Source: the human T2T-CHM13v2.0 reference genome, Homo sapiens
Length of the DNA stretch: 64,000 nt
Assembly: GCF_009914755.1 (NCBI RefSeq)
Contig: NC_060947.1
Direction: 5' to 3' (one strand)
Below the pieces are notes generated by a model, which saw nothing but the letters and a program-made list of their open reading frames with translations, made no database searches and was not told the DNA's origin. The stretch's first letter is position 1. The number at the start of each line of letters is the position of its first letter. The translations under genes and the position numbers were made by a program. Positions 13,901 to 26,546 of this stretch are shown in pieces.

Positions 13901-16900
13901 AATGCTTCCAGCTTTTTTCTTATCAGTGTGATGTTGACTGTCATTTTGTCACAGATTGCTCTTATTATTTTAATGTATGTTCCTTCAATGGTTAGTTGGT
14001 TGAGGGTTTCTAACATGACGTACTGTTGAATTTTATTGAAAACCTTTACTGCATCTATTAAAATGATCATGTGTTTTTGGTTTACTTGTTCTGTTTATGT
14101 GATGAATCACATTTATTGACTTGCATATGTTGAACTAAATTTGCATCTCAGGGGTAAAGCCTACTTGATTGTGGTGTATTAGATTTTTGATATGCTGCTG
14201 GATTCAGTTTTCTAGTATTGGGTTGAGTATTTTTGCATCTATGTTTCTCAAGAATATTTAAGTTTTATTTTTATGTTGTTTCTCTGCCAAGTTTTGATAT
14301 CTGGATAATGCTGGCCTTATATGAGTTAAGGAGGAGTCTCTTTACCTCAATTATTTGTAATAGTTTTAGTAGGAATGGTACCAGCTCTTTTTATACATCT
14401 GCTAGAAATTCACTGTATCTGGCCCTGGGCTTTTTCTGGCTGGTAGACTTTTTATTACCGATTCAATTTTGGACCTCCTTATTAGTCTGTTTAGGGATTC
14501 AATTTCTCTCTGATTCAATATTGGGAAGTGTAATTTTTAGTAGCCTCTGAAAGTTTTTTTTTTTTTAATTTCTGTGGGTTTGATGGTAATGTCCTCTTTA
14601 ACATTTCTGATTGTGTTTATTTGAAACTTTTCTCTTTTTTTCTTCTTGGGTAATGTGATACCTCCATCTTTGTTCTTTTTGCTTAGAATTGTATTCTCTA
14701 GTCTACTTAGTTGTCTATCAGTCTTATTTATTCTTTCAAAGAAAAAAGTTTTAGATTTGTTGATCTTTTGTATAGTTTTTCCTATCTCAGTTTTCTTTAG
14801 TTAGACTCTGATTTTGCTTATTACTTGTTTTCTGCTAGTGTTGGGTTTTAATTGCTCTGGTTTCTCTAGTTCCTCTAACTGTGATTGTGATGTTTAGTTA
14901 TAAATTTAAGATCTTTCTAACTTTTTTTATGTGGGCATTTAGTACTAAAACTTCCCTCTTAATACTTCTATAGCTGTGTTGCAGAGACTCTGATATGCTG
15001 TATTATGGTTATTAGTTTCAAATAATTTCTTTGTTTCTACATTAATTTCATTGTTCACCAAATAGTCATTCAGGAGCAAGTTGTTACATTTTCCTGTTAA
15101 TTGTATGGTTTTGAGAAATATTCTTTGTACTGATTTCCATCAAAAGTGTGCTGGGTATGATTTTTTTTTCAATTTGCTGAGAATTGTTTTATGGACAAAA
15201 GTGTGGTTGATTTTAGAGTATGAACCGTGTGTAGATGAGAATGCATATTCTGTAATTTTTGATTGGTGAGTTCTGTAAATGTCTGTTAGGACCAATTGGT
15301 CATGTGTTGAGTTCAGGCCCTAAATATCTTGGTTAATTTTCTGCCTTGATGATATGTCTAACACTGTCAGTGGGGTGTTGAAGTTTTATACTCTTATTGT
15401 GCAATTATCTAAGTTTCTTTGTACATCTCTAATAACTTGCTTTATGTATCTCGGTACTCCTGTGTTTGATGCATATATATTTAGGATACTTAGATCTTCT
15501 CATTAATGTCAACCCTTTACTATTATCTAATGATCTTCTTTGTCTTTTTTATTGTTGGTCTAAAGTCTCTTTTGTCTAAAATTATAGTAACCCCTGCTTT
15601 TTTCTGTTTTCTATTTACTTTGTAGATTTTTCTCCACCCCTTTACATGGAACTTATAAATACCATGGTTTGTGTTGTGTGTCTCTTGAAGACAGCATACG
15701 ATTTGGTCTTGCTTCTTTATGTGACTTGCCACTCTGTGCCTTTTAAGCAGCATTTAGTCAATTTAGTTTTTGGTTGTAAAAGTTAATATTGATATGTGTG
15801 GAGCTGATACTGTTATCATGCTGTTAGCCAGTTATTATGCATATTTGATTGTGTGGTCACTTTATAGTGTCACTGGTCTATGTACTTAAGTGTGCTTTTG
15901 TGGTGGCTAGTAACAGTCTTTCCTTTCCATATTTAGTCCTCCCTTAAGGACCTCCTTTAAGGCACGTCTGGTGGTGATACATTACCTTAGCATTTTCTTT
16001 TCTGGAAAGAAGTTTACTTTTTATTTGCTTATGAAGTTTATTTGGGCTGGAAATAAAATTTTTGGTTGAATTTTTTTTTTTTAAGAATGCTGAATATAGG
16101 CCCACAATCTTCTGTGGCTTGTAAAGTTTACACTGAAAGGTCCACTTTTAGCCTTATTAGGTTTCATTTGAAGGTGACCTTTCCCTTATGCCTAGCTGCC
16201 TTTATCATTTTGTAAAAAATGTCTACCTTGGAGAAACTGATATCTATTTGTCTTGGGGATGCTCATCTTGTATAATATCTTTCAAGAGTTCTATGCATTT
16301 CCTGAATTTTAATGTTGGCCCTTCTAATAAGGTTGGGGAAATTTTTATAGATGATATTCTAAAATATGTTTTTCAATTTGCCTGCTTTATCTCTCTCCCT
16401 TTTAAGGATGCCAATGTGTTGTAGATTTGGTCTCTTTACATAATCTCATATTTCTCACAGGTTTTATCCATTCTTTTTTAGTTTTTTTTTTATTGGTTCA
16501 TCTGACTGAGTTATTTTGGAGAACCAGTCTTTGAGCTCTGAGATTCTTTCCTCAGCTCCATGAAGTCTGCTGTTAATATTTATGATGATACTAGGAAATC
16601 CTTGAAGTGCATTTTCAGCTCTATCATATCAGTTTGGTTCTTTCTTAAAATGGCTGCTTTGTCTTTCAGTTCCTGTATCATTTCATTATATTTCTTCAAT
16701 TCCTTGGAGTTTCAACTTTCTCCTGGATGTTGATGATCTTCTTTCCTATACACATTCTAATTTCTATTTCTGCAATTGCAGCAATTTCAGCCTGGTTAAA
16801 AACCATTGCTGGGGATCTACTGCAGTTTTTTGGAGGCTATAAGACCCTCTGGCCTTTTTAGTTTACAGAGTTCTTGTGCTGGTCTTTCTCATCTGTGTGG

Positions 16901-17335
16901 GATGGTGTTTCTTCAGTCTTTCAAGTTTCTGTCGTTTGGATGTTTTTGTTGTTGTTTTTGCTTTTATCTTTTTTGAAGCCCATGAGGGTTTGATTGTGGT
17001 ATAAAGTGAGTTCAGTTGACTGGGTTTGTTTCTGGAAGATTTTAGAGGGTCAAGGCTCAGCTCATCACTTCTGCTCTGCATGATTTAAATCTGGGATGAT
17101 GGTATCAGGCTGTGACTTTGTTCTCTGGCCCCTCAGTTTTAGGAACTTACTGGGTTGGAGGGGCCAAATTGTTCCTGTTCCATTGGCTATCACACTGTGT
17201 TGGGTGTTTCCAGCCAAAGCACTTTTTCAGGGCTGTAGCAGCAGGATCAATGCTTGCTCATACATGCCAGCAGGCATAGCAGTGCAGAGGAGAACATGCA
17301 CATTAGCTGGGGTGGGGTTAAATTGGCAGCTTTAA
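10996..17335 (-). mobile_element. Long decayed L1PA (3' UTR part, ORF2, ORF1, part of 5' UTR) with nested L1 and internal deletions
   Basis: Continuous antisense L1. ORF 13661-13873 ([20 protein letters not shown]) and ORF 15523-15753 (CCLQETH, endonuclease) are ORF2-like; ORF1-like sequence lies further right. Confidence 0.9.
12325..13371 (+). mobile_element. L1PA8-like element with short 5' inversion (antisense 12325-12490, sense 12491-13371)
   Basis: 3' UTR ggacaaatacctaa...ggggcttaaaacctagatga; TSD aatagcattga at about 12314 and 13372; ORF 12518-12955 is the ORF2 C-terminus (HCWWECKL). Confidence 0.92.
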
Positions 17336-17884
17336 TATTTCTACATAGCAAACATTTTTTCTTTTTACTTAACTAGATGTATAAATATATGTGTAATATA
17401 TCTGCAAATACCATTTGTTAAGATGTATTTAACTTTTATTAAAAAGTCAATATCTAATAAATAAGATTTTTCAATATCTTAAATCTTTAATAAAATAATC
17501 TTGTTTTTATCAAATATTATTTATGGCTGCATTATTGCTCACAATAAAGCCAGACATTATTGACAACTATTTATTGAGCACCTTCTATATGTTATTTAAT
17601 TAATCTACAGTGCTTTAAAAATTCAGAGCCATTAAATTAAATAGCTGAAATTAAGTAGCATGTCTTTTCTCAAATATAAAACATAGTGAAATAATAAAGA
17701 TAATTTTTTTTCTAGTTAACTTTTTCAGGTTAATATGATTTATGTAACACATACTTTCTGAGTATACACAAGGTCCTAGGCATTGTAAAGAAAGGAAGTA
17801 AGTACAGCAGATGAAATGAATAACTAATTGAGGGCTTCCAGGTGACTTCACAAGAGAAAGGACCTATTAAGCTGTATTTCTCTC

Positions 17885-18210
17885 CAACTTTACTGAGGTG
17901 TGATTGACAAATAAAGATTGTATATATTTAAGATGTATAACATGATGTTTTGGTATACATATACATTGTAAAATTATTGTTACAATCAAACTAGTTAATA
18001 TATCCATCAGCTCACAGTTATACTTTGTGTGTGTGTGGCGAGAACAATTGAGATCGAGTCTTAGCAAATTTCAAGTATGCAATACACTAATTAACTATAA
18101 TCATATGGTGCACATTTGGTCTCTAAAATTTATTTACCTTGCAACTGAAAGTTTGTATACTTTGGCCAAAGTTTCCCCATTATTCTCACACCCCAGGCCC
18201 AAGTAACCTG
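17885..18210 (-). mobile_element. L1MA9/MB-like 3' end
   Basis: tttactgaggtgtgattgacaaataaagattgtatatatttaagatgtataacatgatg...cttagcaaatttcaagtat. Confidence 0.8.
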
Positions 18211-19430
18211 ATTTTGCCAAGTTCTGTATCCAGGTTTTCCTGTATCTGGTTAAGCTTCCTTAAAACTATTATTTTGAATTATTTACCAATCAAATTCTAG
18301 ATCTCAATTCCTTTGAAGTTTGTTACTGGGTGATTATTATGTTCTTTGAAAGGCAGCTATGCTCACCACTTTACCACCAGTGCCATTTATTGTGTTTCTT
18401 TGGTGTTGTCATGTTTCCTTGATTTTACCTGTTTCTTGAAATCTTCTACTGCTATCTTCCCATTTGAAGAAGCAGTCACCTCTTTACTGACTGGCTTTAG
18501 AAACAAAAAATGCCTTTACCAGTAAGTCTTGTCAGGGATTCTGAAGTTTTCTCACACCTTTTCTGTGAATATGTCTGTTCTACACCTCTTATTTATTCTT
18601 GGTGGTGGGGGAAGGATTCTTAAGATTGTGTACCTTCTCCCTATTCTGCAAAGCCAGGACAGATGCTGAGAGTCTCTTATTGGTTTTCCATAGAGTGGTC
18701 CCCTAAAATATTCAAGTTTGTGTGTCTTCTTCCAATCACACAGTGTCAAGTTTGCTGTGTACAAGTGCTCACAAGCCATTTTCGGAGGCTCACATATACT
18801 GTCTGTGGAAATGAACATGGGGAGCAAGCCACATGTTTGAGGGGCAGAGTGTGAAGTGAGTGGAGCTTTGGGGTGCCTTTGGACCACTTGGGGGGGTCTC
18901 CAGGTAAGGGTCATAAGTGGGCTTTCTGTTTAAGTCTATGAAGCAGTTTGTAGAATTTATGACTGTTTTTGAAATTCCAAGCCCTGGTTGCTGTGAGTTT
19001 CTGCCTCCCTTTTCTGCTTCCAGCCTTTCCCAACCACTCAGTCATGCTGATCACCTCAGTACTGAGTGAAGCAAGTAAGAATGCTTGCCCTCTTGAGCAG
19101 TATACCACCTGGCTTGGAAGCCAGATGCTCACTGTCTAGCCCCCCCACTTTTCACTTTTCTCTGTGAGAGAAATTGTGGGCTGAGTTTATCTCCATTGGC
19201 AATTAGCTGAGCCACCTCAGAAGAGTGGTGGTGTGGGTAAAGTAAAGGTGTTCTTTCTATCCTCTTCAGTGCATCTATTATTGAAATATTATTTTTATCC
19301 AGTGGTGTGCTAGAACTTCTACCCTAGACTCCCACACAAGCACTCTCATCAATCTGTGATTGCCAAAATTGATGTTTCTGTGAAAACATGACAGTAGACT
19401 CCTAGTCTGTCATATTGCTGATGTCACTCT
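18211..19430 (-). mobile_element. Old L1M ORF1/5' region fragment
   Basis: ctattattttgaattattt and ttctttggtgttgtcatgtttccttg are typical antisense L1M ORF1 start; the segment ends with catattgctgatgtcact. Confidence 0.6.
18346..18383 (-). pseudogene. 5'-half tRNA-Gly(TCC) retrocopy (tailless retropseudogene)
   Basis: Reverse complement gcactggtggtaaagtggtgagcatagctgcctttcaa matches recalled tRNA-Gly-TCC nt 1-38 (GCGTTGGTGGTATAGTGGTGAGCATAGCTGCCTTCCAA) at 34/38; degenerate TSD ttattatgttctttg / ttattgtgtttctttg. Confidence 0.85.
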
Positions 19431-20980
19431 TGAACAATTATTTTCTAACTGAGTAATTCTTACATGTCATACAGGAGTAAACAATTAGCTGTCCATTTTA
19501 GTTACAGAAATATAAGTTTAACCTATATCGATACTACCAATTCAAATACACTGTTATTGCTTTATTTCCTCATTTTTTCTTAAAGTTTTATGATTAAAAT
19601 TGTAAAACATCAAAATGTAATCTTTGAAGATACCAGTTTCTATCATTCAAGCTTAACTTATATATTTTATTATGTATACTTTCAAATAAAATTCTACATG
19701 GCTTTTCCTAAAAATCAAATATATACTAGTAGCCAAACACTATAGAAGGAACCAGAGTCCACAGACACATAAAGACATGTTTACAAAAGTGAGTGATATA
19801 TTTTTAGAATAAGAAAACTATCTTAACTGTATCTTTTGAAATAAAGATGAGCTTAAAACTTAGGACTCATGAATTCCAATGTTCTTGTTGGTCTTACTTA
19901 CAGCTACTAAAATTCTAAATAAACAGTAAAAAAAAATGACATGATGGCAAAATTAGTTATGTGTACATTTTATTTACATTTATAGTCTTCCTAAGTGTCA
20001 GAAGAGTGAGATTGTTTAAATTTCTCTATAGATATCTAAGGAAGCTCTTAGGGTACCTGAAAAACTACTTACCCAGTGAGTAGATAGTTATTATATGTGA
20101 CAACACATACTCAGTATCTTTACAAAGGAACTAACAACTCTTCAGCAAACCCCACACAAAAGTTCATTTTGTAAAGCTAACATACACTTTTTAATAGCAT
20201 CGACTTATCCGACACTAAGACAAGTAATCAAAATAGTGCAGTTCATTAGCATGAGTAAAAGAAAAACATCATTTGCCTAAGCCTAGGCAGATATTTCTTT
20301 TATGAATAGCAATAATTTTAATTTGTAAAATAATCTTACAGAATGACTTATTTAAAAATCTTTATAGATATAACCTCTCTATATTCATTAATAAGTCCTC
20401 AAAATATTGTATTTTATCACCTTAAAGTTTAATTTACTGTTAATATTTACATAGTTTTTATTTGAAATAATTTTAGCACTGAAAAACAATGTTATCTGAA
20501 AGCAATCATTTTCTAATGATGTTTGTCACTAAATGAAAGTTTGTTGATATTATACTGAGATGGTAGATTTTTATGTTTCTGATCTATGGGTACATAGCTC
20601 TTAAAATATATTTTCCATGACACCCTTTTCTTGAGATGATGCTAGGTAAATATATTAACTCCACAACTGTGCTAAGTAAGAATCTTTGAATAAACAAAAC
20701 TTTACACTGAGAAGTCTTATCACTGCATAATAATGTAAGCAGTATTTCTCCTTGAAATACTTTATAATTTTTCCGGATACTTGAATTTGATTGGTCTAAG
20801 ACTGTCTATTCAGCATATCCTATTTTTGTTTCAAGTAGGCTTTCCATGTTTAGCAAATAAATCCTAGTCTGAAGCTGCCCCTTGACTATTATTTGGCTGT
20901 CTACTGTTTCTTCTCATATTGGTTTATATGATAAAAAAAAATATTGGCATAATCACAGGGAGAGATACTGATATGTAGAT

Positions 20981-22509
20981 TTCTATGGTTTAAATGTTTC
21001 CCCTCCTAAATTCAGGAGTTGCAGAATTTATTATCGGGTTGGGTCTTTAAGAGGTGATTAGGCCATGAGGGGTGCTCCTTTGAGGATGGGATTAAGGCTC
21101 TTATAAAAGAGGCTTTATGCAGTGTTTGTCTAGCTTACTCTTCCATATTACTTTAGAAGAGGAAAGTAGCCTTCACCAGACAATAGAACCTGCTGGTTCT
21201 TTGATCTTAAAAGGGGACAGCACTGTCACACATTATGCAGTACATGTTTGTGCTTAAGCTGGTGCTAAATCATTCAAAGATGACCTACTTCCGGGTCACA
21301 AAGTTGCCTTAGGTCTTTGTTTCCTGCATTCTAGCCTAGTGCTCCTTGCCCCAGTTGTAGTTCAAGTGGGCCTAGGCATGGCTGAGGCTAGCACTTCAGA
21401 AGGCACAGTAATGAGCCTTGGTGGTAATTTGGTGCTAATGGAGTGCTAACTCCATGTGGTGCTAATTTTACAAATATGCAGAGTGCATGAGCTATGGAGG
21501 CATGGCATGGTTCACTTAAATGTCAAATAATGTCTTAGACAGTTTTGGGGTCTGGGCAGAGACCTGCCACCAGATCAGAGTTGTTGCAGAAAGCTCTCTC
21601 GAGCAATACTTAGAGTGGAGCTGTGGGATTAGGGCCACTCCTGAGACCCGAGACCTCTAGAGCCACCAACATGCAATGTCAGCTTGGGAGAGCCACAGGT
21701 ATCTCACTGCAACTTGTGAGAGCTGTGTCATGGGCTGCGTCCAACAAAGGGGTGAGTTTACCTGGAGCCTTAAGGACCCTGCCCCCACTGCAACTTGTAT
21801 GGAAGGTGGGACATGGAACAAAGAAGATTATTCAAGCCTCAAGATGTAATAATTTTTGCCTTGTGTTTTGGACTAACCTATGACCTGTTTCTCCTTTCTC
21901 CTTTCCTATTTCTCCCTTTTGGAATGGAAATGTCTGTTCTTGGCCTACACTGCCACTGTATTTTAGAAAGACATAACTTGTTTGATTTTACAGGCTCACA
22001 GTTGGGGGGAGATTTTTCCTCAGGATGAATTGTACCTTGAGTGGAACTCATATGATATTTAGCTAAGACGTTGGACTTAGACTTTAAAGTTGGTGTTGAA
22101 ATTAGTTAAGAATTTTGGGGCTAGTTAAATGGAATAAATGTATTTTGCATGTGAGAAGGACGTGAATTTTTGGGAAGCCAGAAGATGGATTTTATTGTTC
22201 GAATGTGTCCTCTCCAAAATTTGGGTGTTGACAATTTGATAATATTAACAGGTAGGACCTTTATTATATAATTAGGCCTGCTACCCCATCAGTGGAATTT
22301 AAGGCCCTTTTAAAAGTGGCATAACAGTGTTAGGTTTACGTGCTCTTCTGACTTCTTTGGAAGCAGAAAGAAGCTCTAACCAGAAAACTGAACCTGCTGA
22401 AAACTTGATCTTAGCCTTTCCAGCCTCCAGAGTTCTGAGAACATAAATTTATGTTTACAATTACCGAGTCTCAAGTACTTTGTTATAGCAGTACAAATGG
22501 ACTAAGACA
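20981..22509 (+). mobile_element. MST (MSTC-like) MaLR: truncated 5' LTR 20981-21208, internal ~21300-22190, 3' LTR ~22191-22509
   Basis: Two related LTR starts (ctatggtttaaatgtttcccctcctaaattcagg; attgttcgaatgtgtcctctccaaaatttggg); terminal ggactaagaca; MaLR-int motifs (ttgtttgattttacaggctcacag). Confidence 0.8.
21225..21297 (+). pseudogene. Decayed 28S rRNA 3'-region fragment
   Basis: ctggtgctaaatcattcaaagatgacctacttccgggtc aligns with recalled human 28S ctggcgctaaaccattcgtagacgacctgcttctgggtc; several differences are CpG-type transitions. Confidence 0.7.
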
Positions 22510-23084
22510 CAAATGAATGTGAGCATTTTCCATCAGTTTAATACATACTCATTCTGATTTCTGGAAGATAGATCCATTTTGATCATCTGTGTTATTTAGA
22601 TAAAAGTAAAGTTTTATATTCAAAATTATGAGCAAGCATTTTTGAGATATTATTTCTGCATTCACTATACATTCATTTATTAAGGACCTTGACCACCCAT
22701 GTATTCTTCATTAATAGATTCTTTCTTCTAGAATCACGTGTAAGCTTGACATCTTTAATATTTGTTCCTATCACAATTCCAGCAAGATATTTTCTATATG
22801 CATAAGGGAAAGGAATTACCAGCCAAATCATTGAATTTATCTATAACATGTGCAATACCATTCACTAAAATTCACACATTATCTACATCCACTGAATAAC
22901 TTGTAGGGGTTTTCTGACAGAAGAAAATCATTTCTGTTTGCTAAATTCCTTGATTTTTTTTGAACTTGACACAAATAATAAAGAAATATTTTTTGTGAGG
23001 AATACAGAATTGAAATGATAGTATTTCTTCAGTATTTTCTTTTTTCAGTCTCTCCTTAAACTCTCATTTTCAAGCTTGAAATAC

Positions 23085-23170
23085 TTCATTTTAGTGAGGT
23101 TGTTGTAGGATTAAATTAGATAATATATGTAAAGAACTTAATGCAGTTTGTGTCACAATAATTAATATTA
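23085..23170 (+). mobile_element. MIR fragment
   Basis: gaggttgttgtaggattaaattagataatatatgtaaagaactta is MIR core-like. Confidence 0.6.
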
Positions 23171-23947
23171 GCTCTTTGTGAAATGATGTAAATAATGACA
23201 TCAGGCACACAATAATGATGATGATAATGAAGGCTATAACAATATCAATCGTAACTAAATTGCTGAATCATCGAGTTTCCAAGATACACGTTCAAATTCT
23301 AGCCATGGAGTAGAGATGCTCCATGTTGCTCATTCAGTTGTTCCGTCATAAGTGCTAGCTTTTGTTCCATCCACACATTGTCATCTCTCAGCCAATTTGT
23401 GCATTGCACCATGGGTACAACTGTGCGCTCATCTGGCCCAAAGTTTCCTGACTGCCGATATTTAATGGTTGCCACAGTTACCTGAATAGTATTGTTGAAT
23501 GGCTGCTTTTGCTTTATGTTTGCCTTTTTTTTCCTGGTGAATATTTGTCAGGATTGTTTATTTCTCATGAAGTAACCAAGATCAAATTATATACATTTGA
23601 AAAAAGTATATGTATATATATATATGTTTACAAGGATAGAGAAAAATAAGTTGAAAGCTTTCATTGATACATTAAAATAATTTTGTCTAATTAGGCCCCC
23701 ACTATTTCTCTTTGTTTTTGTTGCAGTTGTTTTTGGGTTCTTGGTCATAAATTCTTTGCCTAAGCCAATGGCTAGAAGAGTTTTTCTGATGTTACCTTCT
23801 AGAATTTTTATGGTTTCAGGTCTTAGATTTAAGTCTTTGATCCATTTTGAGTTGACTTATTTTATAAGGTTAGAGATAAGGATCCAGTATCACTCTGCTA
23901 CATACAGCTTGCCAATTATTCCAGTACAATTTGCTTAATAGGGTGTC

Positions 23948-26100
23948 TGTAGGGGTTCTGCCAGTTGCTAAGTATGTCTATGCTAATTATGCATTCTGGC
24001 ACTGGGTAAATGACCACAGGATGAGTCTGGGGACCAACTGGACCCACTGTAAGTCAGACCTGAGATAAAACTCCATTAATTACCTGTCCTCCATAAGCCC
24101 CTACTTTAACTGGAGGACCACAGTGACATTTTGGATCCCCTGGAAACAACGTAAGCTGAGAGCCGGTGTCCAGTAGTCCCTGATATGTCTGATTCATTTC
24201 CCTTTCCTCAGTGCACAGTTACCCTGGTAAAAGGCCAGAGGTCTCCTTGCAGAAGGTTGGGAGGAAGATTCACTGCATAAATTGTTGGTAATGTAGTGGA
24301 GTCCTTCCTCAAGGGACCTGGCCTCCCCTTCATTCAAGGGGTTCTGGGTCTGTAAACTGGCTTGAGTATGGAAATTGATCGAGAGGCTGTGATTTTCTGT
24401 TTTTATAATTCAAATTAGTCTTTTGTCCATTTGACCTAGAAGTTTTCTGTTTGTATAAATTAAGTAGCAGTCCAGAAGGCTTCCTATTAATTTCACTTAT
24501 AGGAGCACTGTGATTAATTAGCCAATGCCACAGCTCTACACGAGTGAGACAATTCTGATTGCCACTTTGCCTCTGCTGTCCATTATGGTAGTTACACCCA
24601 CCTTGCCTTTGATGGCTGAGTGCTACCACTTGGCCCTCGCCACCTCGGGATCCAATTATTCCGTTGTAATTAAATTTTGTAATTGACTGACTATGGCTCC
24701 CACCGTTAGATCTGACATACAGAGAAGAGCAATTACAGGGCTCTTCAAAGACGCAAGTGCTGTCCTCACAAATCTATTTTGCAAGGCATTGGTAAAGGGT
24801 ATATCTTCTGGACCCTCCAAGCTGGGATGAGTAGGTCTAAAATTACTACTCCACTCCACCATCCCAATCTCCTTAAGCCTTTGGATCCCTTTCTCTACAT
24901 TAAACCTAGGGAGATCAGGCATTTCCAGCTCACTCACATGGGCCATCTTTTAATCTGTATTTCAGCTAACCAAGCAAATAAACTATTAGAACCTTTGTTA
25001 ACTCCCCAAGCTACAACATCAAAGGCAGAGTCCCTACTTAGTGGGCCCAAATAAATAAATTCAGCCTGATCCAACTCTATGTTCCTTCTACCATCATCCC
25101 ACGCCCTTAATATCCATTCTCATGCCTGTTCTCCAGATTTCTGTTTATATAAATTAGAAAACTCAAGCAGGTCTTTTCAAGTGTAGTGCACCTCCTCATG
25201 GGTCACAATCTTAACCCCACCTCTAGTGACCCACCAGGACTTTAGTCTAGTTATAGGTTTAGAAGCAAACAGGGGTGTTGGGGGTGGCTCCTAAGGAGAA
25301 TCAACATTATCTTGCCTGGCAACTGTCTCAGGGGAGGTCATCACTGTTGCCTCAGGCAGTGAAGGGTTTATCTCCTCAGACAAAGGTGGAAAGGTTTATG
25401 GTAGCAGGGGTTGAGGAGAGGATGGGGAAGCTGTTTCTTCTGGCAAAAAAGGTTCATCAGAGTTTACAAACTCAGTGTCCCCAGCTTCATTAGGGTCCTC
25501 CCACACATCACCATACCAAGTTGCAGGGTCCCATTCTTTTCCAATCAATGCCCTCACTTTATCAGTGGACACCTGGTGAGGCTGTGTAGGCACCTTTTGT
25601 TGCAGGTCAGACACTTGCATGATAATAGCTTGTGTCTGTTTTTTCCACAGTTTCAGTTATTTCTCTACAAGAGATAAGGCTCTCACTCAGGACAATCTTA
25701 GCAGACTTGCGGCTCTGTGTCTGCTTCTGAAGCCCAGATATAGAATCCCTGAGTTTATCATTTTCTTTCATCACTTTGTCCACTGAACTTAGGAGCAGTC
25801 AACCATCTTCATTATGTTCCTTGGTTCTCCATATATGGTCAAAGGTATTATGTATAGAGTCACTAAACTCCTTGCCTCTCATGGGCAATGAATCAGGAGT
25901 GTCAAATGCATTTATTTTGCCTAACTCTCTAAACAGTTCATGCAAAGGACTATCAGTGTTCTCCATACTATTAGAAGTAGAGTTCTTAGCATTTGGGGGC
26001 CTAATCATATTAAGCAGCCAACTCCAGAAACCCCAAAACCAGTGAAAGAACTCCATCCTTAATATTCTGTTCCTCTAGAACCCCTCCTGGTACCAAAATC
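23948..26100 (-). mobile_element. HERV-L internal region (decayed gag and start of pro), 3'-truncated
   Basis: ERVL Gag-like ORFs (KVRALIGKEWDPATWYGDVWEDP; EGPEDIPFTNALQNRFVR; LTRVELWHWLINH); protease ctactggacaccggctc (LLDTG) on the minus strand at ~24161-24177. Confidence 0.9.
26078..26095 (-). promoter_or_regulatory. Primer binding site, tRNA-Leu
   Basis: Minus strand tggtaccaggaggggttc lies just after the LTR and is complementary to a tRNA-Leu 3' end. Confidence 0.8.
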
Positions 26101-26546
26101 TATATTAGTCAAGGTTCTCTAGAGGGACAGAACTAATGGAATAGATATATAAATAAAGGGGAGTTTATTAAGTATTAACTCACACAATCACAAGGTCCCA
26201 CAATAGGCCATCTGCAGGCTGAGGAGCAAGGAGAGCCAGTCCAAGTTCCAAAACTGAAGAACGTGGAGTCCAATGTTCAAGGGCAGAAAACATCCAGCAT
26301 GGGAGAAAGATATAGGCTGGGAGGCTAGGCCAATCTCTCTTTTCATATTTTTTTTTACCTGCTCATTTATTAGCTGAGTTGGCAGCTGATTAGATTCTGA
26401 CCACCCATATTAAGGGTGGGTCTGCCTTTCCCAGCCCACTGGCTCAAATGTTAATCTCCTTCAGCAAAACCCTCACAGGCACACCCAGGATCAATACTTT
26501 GTATTCTTCAATCCAATCAAGTTGACACTTGGTATTAACCATCACA
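26101..26546 (-). mobile_element. MLT2A LTR (5' LTR of HERV-L)
   Basis: tatattagtcaaggttctctagagggacagaactaat...ttcaatccaatcaagttgacac...aaccatcaca; 5-bp TSD gtgtc at 23943-23947 and 26547-26551 brackets LTR plus internal region. Confidence 0.92.

Noticed and set aside
23299-23481. Stop-free minus-strand frame of about 60 codons in unique, slightly CpG-richer sequence (VTVATIKYRQSGNF...)
   Set aside because: No recognisable protein similarity, no polypyrimidine tract before the AG, and a length comparable to many chance ORFs.
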